Of a stretch of 64,000 bases of DNA, positions 60,400-64,000 are shown piece by piece (the stretch's first letter is position 1; every line of letters begins with the position of its first letter). Origin of the DNA: Leucoraja ocellata (lineage: Eukaryota); contig JAWMAR010000079.1 of NCBI GenBank assembly GCA_036785375.1, positions 5,022,001-5,086,000 of the forward strand, in the 5' to 3' direction. The notes beneath the pieces were generated by a model. That model made no database searches, had not been told where the DNA came from, and worked only from the letters and a program-made list of their open reading frames with translations. A program made the translations under genes and the position numbers.

Positions 60400-60961
60400 G
60401 GGAGCCCGGGCGCCTGTGTGTGAAGAAGCTACATGGCGGCGGCGGTGGTTGCGTGAGATCCACTGCACTTCCAGTACACCTAATGCAACTTTTCACCAAC
60501 TTCCACCACTGCAAGCCAGACTGCGCCTCCTCTCTGTGCAAAAAAAAATCTCCCAGGCAGGAGTCACCCCAGACCTGGGATTGCACAGACACCCCAGCAC
60601 CCCCAAGTGTTTATATATTTTTCTAAATCACCCTTATTTTTTTTCTCTCCTCTGTGGCTCTGTGTGTTTGTGATTTTTTTTTCCTCTCTTTTTCCGGCAA
60701 GCTGGTGTCGTTGTTTTTGAGCTTTGCAGTCATGGCGCACCTCCATTTTTGAGCGACTTTTGTGCGCTTTTCCTTTCCACCCCCAGTGTATGTTTTTTTT
60801 TTAAAAGCCGGGATCAAAAAGGAAAAGAAGCGAGACATGATTTTTTCCAACTCTTCGACTTTTTGGAGGCTTTGAGAAAAAGAAAGGAATCGGTTTCGAT
60901 TTGGCTAAGTTTTTAGTCGACGGTGCGGGGACTAGCTTGCGCCCAGCTCTACATGGAACAG
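60400..60961 (+). other. CHD2: Putative first (mostly non-coding) exon of the CHD2-type gene; 5' end approximate
   Basis: Strong donor CAG|GTATGT at 60961/60962, then a 230-nt intron to a pyrimidine-rich acceptor at 61190-61191. Human CHD2 also has a non-coding exon 1. Confidence 0.6.
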
Positions 60962-61401
60962 GTATGTTTACAGTAATTTTACTCGCCAAAATGTTTATTT
61001 TGAATAAAATATTTAATATAAAGGAGGTTAGTCGGCGATTGCGTAGTTAAAATTAATTGTGTGGATTCGGGGTGACTTTTTATTTGATGCGTTAAGTTTC
61101 AGGCATGGCAATTTCTTGGCATGGCTTTTAGAGAAATGTACCTGTTCGTTTGTTGTTTTTCTGTGTTTTTAACGGGGCTGTTTTTGTGTAGAGCTTGTCG
61201 GAGTGCGACAATGGTATCGAGTGCTTAAACAATGTGGCTGCTGCGTCAGGGTTTTGCAAGTCGAGCAGCGGGCAGCTGCTGAATCCGGCGGACTTGCTCG
61301 CTCGCCGCGAGTTTGACAGGGCTCCACGGCGCTCCCTCGCTACCCATCCACGTGTAGCCCAGGACAAAACCGAGCCCCCAAACTCCCCTGGCCCCAACAC
61401 C

Positions 61402-61460
61402 ATGTCCAGCCAGGGCAAAGACCCAGAAGACGACGGCTCTGAGCACAGCAATGCTTCCAG
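61402..61460 (+). CDS. CHD2: First coding segment of a CHD2-type chromodomain helicase (MSSQGKDPEDDGSEHSNAS|); exon spans 61192-61460
   Basis: ATG in the context caccATG; donor CAG|GTAGGA in phase 2. The peptide aligns with the human CHD2 N-terminus [20 protein letters not shown], which also ends at a phase-2 intron. Only 19 codons are visible, so a CHD1/2-family paralog is not excluded. Confidence 0.75.
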
Positions 61461-64000
61461 GTAGGAGCTCTCAATGTGCGTGCGTGTGTGTGTCTCTCCC
61501 TCTCCAGCTTCCCATGCCCTGTTATTTTGGGGGTTTGAACATTGTTTACCTTCCTATCTATGCTTGCCCCCCCTCGATCTCTCAAGCAATTTTTCACCCT
61601 TTCGACCAAATCTTTAATCGATGACCTTGAGATTCCTAAAAGCCCCACCCTGTTTTTTTGATCGCAGTTTCCCCCAACTTATGATATGCCATTTGGGCCT
61701 ATATTCAGCAATGGAAATACATTGCAAGGCCTTCGATCCTCCTTTATCGTTTATTTTATATTATTTCACCGAATATATTCTTTCCGTTCATGTTGCTGGA
61801 GTAAGATGACCTTGTGATTGCTGTTGCTGCAATGCACCATTTTACTGACAATGCAGACGGCTTTGAGAACTTGAGGATTTGGTGTCCATAGTAAACCATA
61901 GAAGTAAATTGTAGTAAATAATATACAAGAAAAAGTTGCATGAATGAAAAAAAATTCATATTTATAGATAAATTAAGAAATCCCTGTTGGAAAGTTGCTT
62001 CTGGGTCTCTATTTTTATCCCCACCATACCATTTCACTTTATGTCTTCGGGTATTTTGTAAATTTTTATCACAATTTGGTGAAACGTTTACCATGCTGGT
62101 ATCCCTATCTGCTGAATTGAAATAATATGGTACATACTATATACTTAGGCTTCTTGTACCATGCATCCATGCCCCCGTGCTACTAAAAAGGTTTTAGCCT
62201 TTCTGGAAAATAATTTAGTGTCTTGAATGTCCCCTTTTAAAACTTTTTAACTTTTTTAATTGTTTTAATTACTTCACATCATCTTATACCCCTCATGTTA
62301 TATGTATAATCTGTGTATGTTTCTTTCAAGACATGTGGTAGATGCATCCATACTGCAAAAAATAAAATAAATTTCTCAAATGAATTGAAGCTTTACTTTG
62401 AAAGATCACAAAACTTTTTATTAATTGTTGAACTTTTGACAGGTCAATGGATATTGTTGCCTCCTAGACACCTGGCTACAGGTGGTAGTTTTAATAGGAA
62501 AGATGTTAACCTGGATACCGAATATTTTGTTGTGAATTTGTATCTTTAAAACAAAAATAATTAATCTGACAATTTCTGTGACTGTCAATTGAAATATTTG
62601 AATTGCATTTAGTTTTGATTTGAGACTTTTTAATTTAACCATCCTTTAAAGGATTTTTTTAAACTGATATTTATTTACTGTTTCTAATACAATCATTGAA
62701 GATTTTCCTACCTGCCATCACATCACCCGCTCAAGGTATATTGAGACTACAGATCATTTACAAAAGGATGGACTGTTTAATAGTTTGTTAAGAAATTAAT
62801 ATTGAATTGAACTTTCGGTGTTTTCAATTTAAGTGTGAATACATGTTTATTTTTGCGTATTTACGTGAAACATGTCCACCATGGCCATTTTTGGGTTTCA
62901 AATTTGGCTGATCTCTTGGGTGGTCATCTTAGGTTTGATTTTCCATTACTGCCATGCTAAGATTGCCCTTGGGAACACTATAGAACTCTTGACCTACTAA
63001 GACCACTGCCATGGTCCACATGGTGACGTGAACCATTGTCACCATTGACCTTCAAGTGATTGCCCCCTATACCCCTATTTACATGGGCTTTATTGTAATT
63101 CCTTATGTGGATTTCTGGATGACCTCTGAGCTTGCCTGAAAGATTGGTGCCCATCCATCTTGGTCATCTCTACTTTGGGGTGGGAGGAACAGCTTTTTGA
63201 TGGAAAGAGAATCCTTTAGTTTTCCCGTTGTAAAAACTTTCCAGCAATACGGAAATTGGCCATTGAAACAGGCCATCCATAGACCTGGATGATTGAGTTC
63301 CCTCCAGGACATTCTATCTTCAAATATTCTCAAATCAGTCATTAACTGCAAGCAGACATTGATTCCTTCCAGCTGTGCTCCAGAGAAGGGAAGATCCTTG
63401 TCCATGGTGGTGCAATATTTGGAATGGAACATCTGTGTTTTCCATTGAGGCAAAGTATTGGCATTCCAAAGTTGACCTTCACCAATATGCAGCTTTCCTG
63501 TATCTGCCAAATTCCTCACCTCAAAACGGATGCAGATATAGGCATTCCTCCAGATGATGCTTGTTTCAAAATAAATATAAATAAAATCACCTTGCATACC
63601 TCGGGCGTTGGTGTCATCATTACATAGCCTTTAAGAAATTGTCGACAGGTTGATGGTTCATGAGTTTAAAGTTAGTTTGTGTTGCACTGCCTTTAATTGG
63701 GGCAGGTGACTAGTTGCAATGAGTGTCTTCATAACCAGCTCACTTTCATTATCTTCAGAGTACTTAATGTGAATGATATTTTTTCTTCTATGTGTGGTAA
63801 GTGGAGAAACTCTTGATCGTCATTACACGACGCCATTGAACTTGTGGAAAATTAGGTGAAGGGAGCTTTGTTTGTGTCATGACAATTGAGAAGGACAAGG
63901 TTGTGAAGATTGCTTGCACGTTGAAAGCGCTGGTAGATTCACCAAGAATGTCCTAATTTGTTAATGGTAGAGATTGCTTAATCAGATTGCAAGATATTTG

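Larger units (their letters stand above)
59960..61500 (+). promoter_or_regulatory. CpG/GC-rich promoter and 5' region of the CHD2-type gene
   Basis: Sharp rise in GC and CpG, G/C runs, YY1-like ATGGCG and CCATTTT motifs, E2F-like TCGCCAAA (about 60983), no TEs. Confidence 0.75.

Noticed and set aside
60096-60626. 176-aa Gly/Pro-rich ORF and overlapping antisense ORFs
   Set aside because: By-products of GC-rich promoter sequence and homopolymer runs; no recognisable domain.
63103-63597. 164-aa minus-strand ORF in the CHD2 intron
   Set aside because: Non-ATG start, no recognisable family or splice support; probably chance or a decayed repeat.
1-64000. CRISPR arrays, rRNA, prokaryotic operons or U8 snoRNA (a human CTC1 neighbour)
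   Set aside because: The sequence is spliceosomal vertebrate DNA. The recurring repeats are dispersed TEs, not regularly spaced arrays, and I saw no rRNA or U8 signature.

Overview
Vertebrate nuclear DNA, most likely from a cartilaginous fish (skate/ray-type repeat landscape). The + strand carries the last 19 coding exons of CTC1, the large subunit of the CST telomere complex (493-55770). They splice in phase to about 1,100 aa ending in a stop at 55768-55770, with a poly(A) signal at 56068. About 4 kb downstream, on the same strand, is the CpG-rich promoter, first exon and first coding exon of a CHD2-type chromatin remodeller (MSSQGKDPEDDGSEHSNAS, phase-2 donor at 61460). Introns hold CR1 and Rex/Babar-type LINE fragments, tRNA-derived V-type SINEs, many Penelope-derived repeats with minimal hammerhead-ribozyme motifs, a solo LTR and a decayed Tc1. 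The most interesting unexplained structure has three parts: a promoter-like CpG island buried inside CTC1 (about 21-22.5 kb), a TE-poor, motif-rich domain running to about 28 kb, and an ATGG-dense segment just upstream of CHD2. Together they suggest that a CHASERR-like CHD2-regulating lncRNA may be interleaved within CTC1 in this lineage. That is an inference and needs RNA data. Comparisons to human proteins and exon sizes are from memory and should be verified by alignment. Repeat boundaries are approximate.
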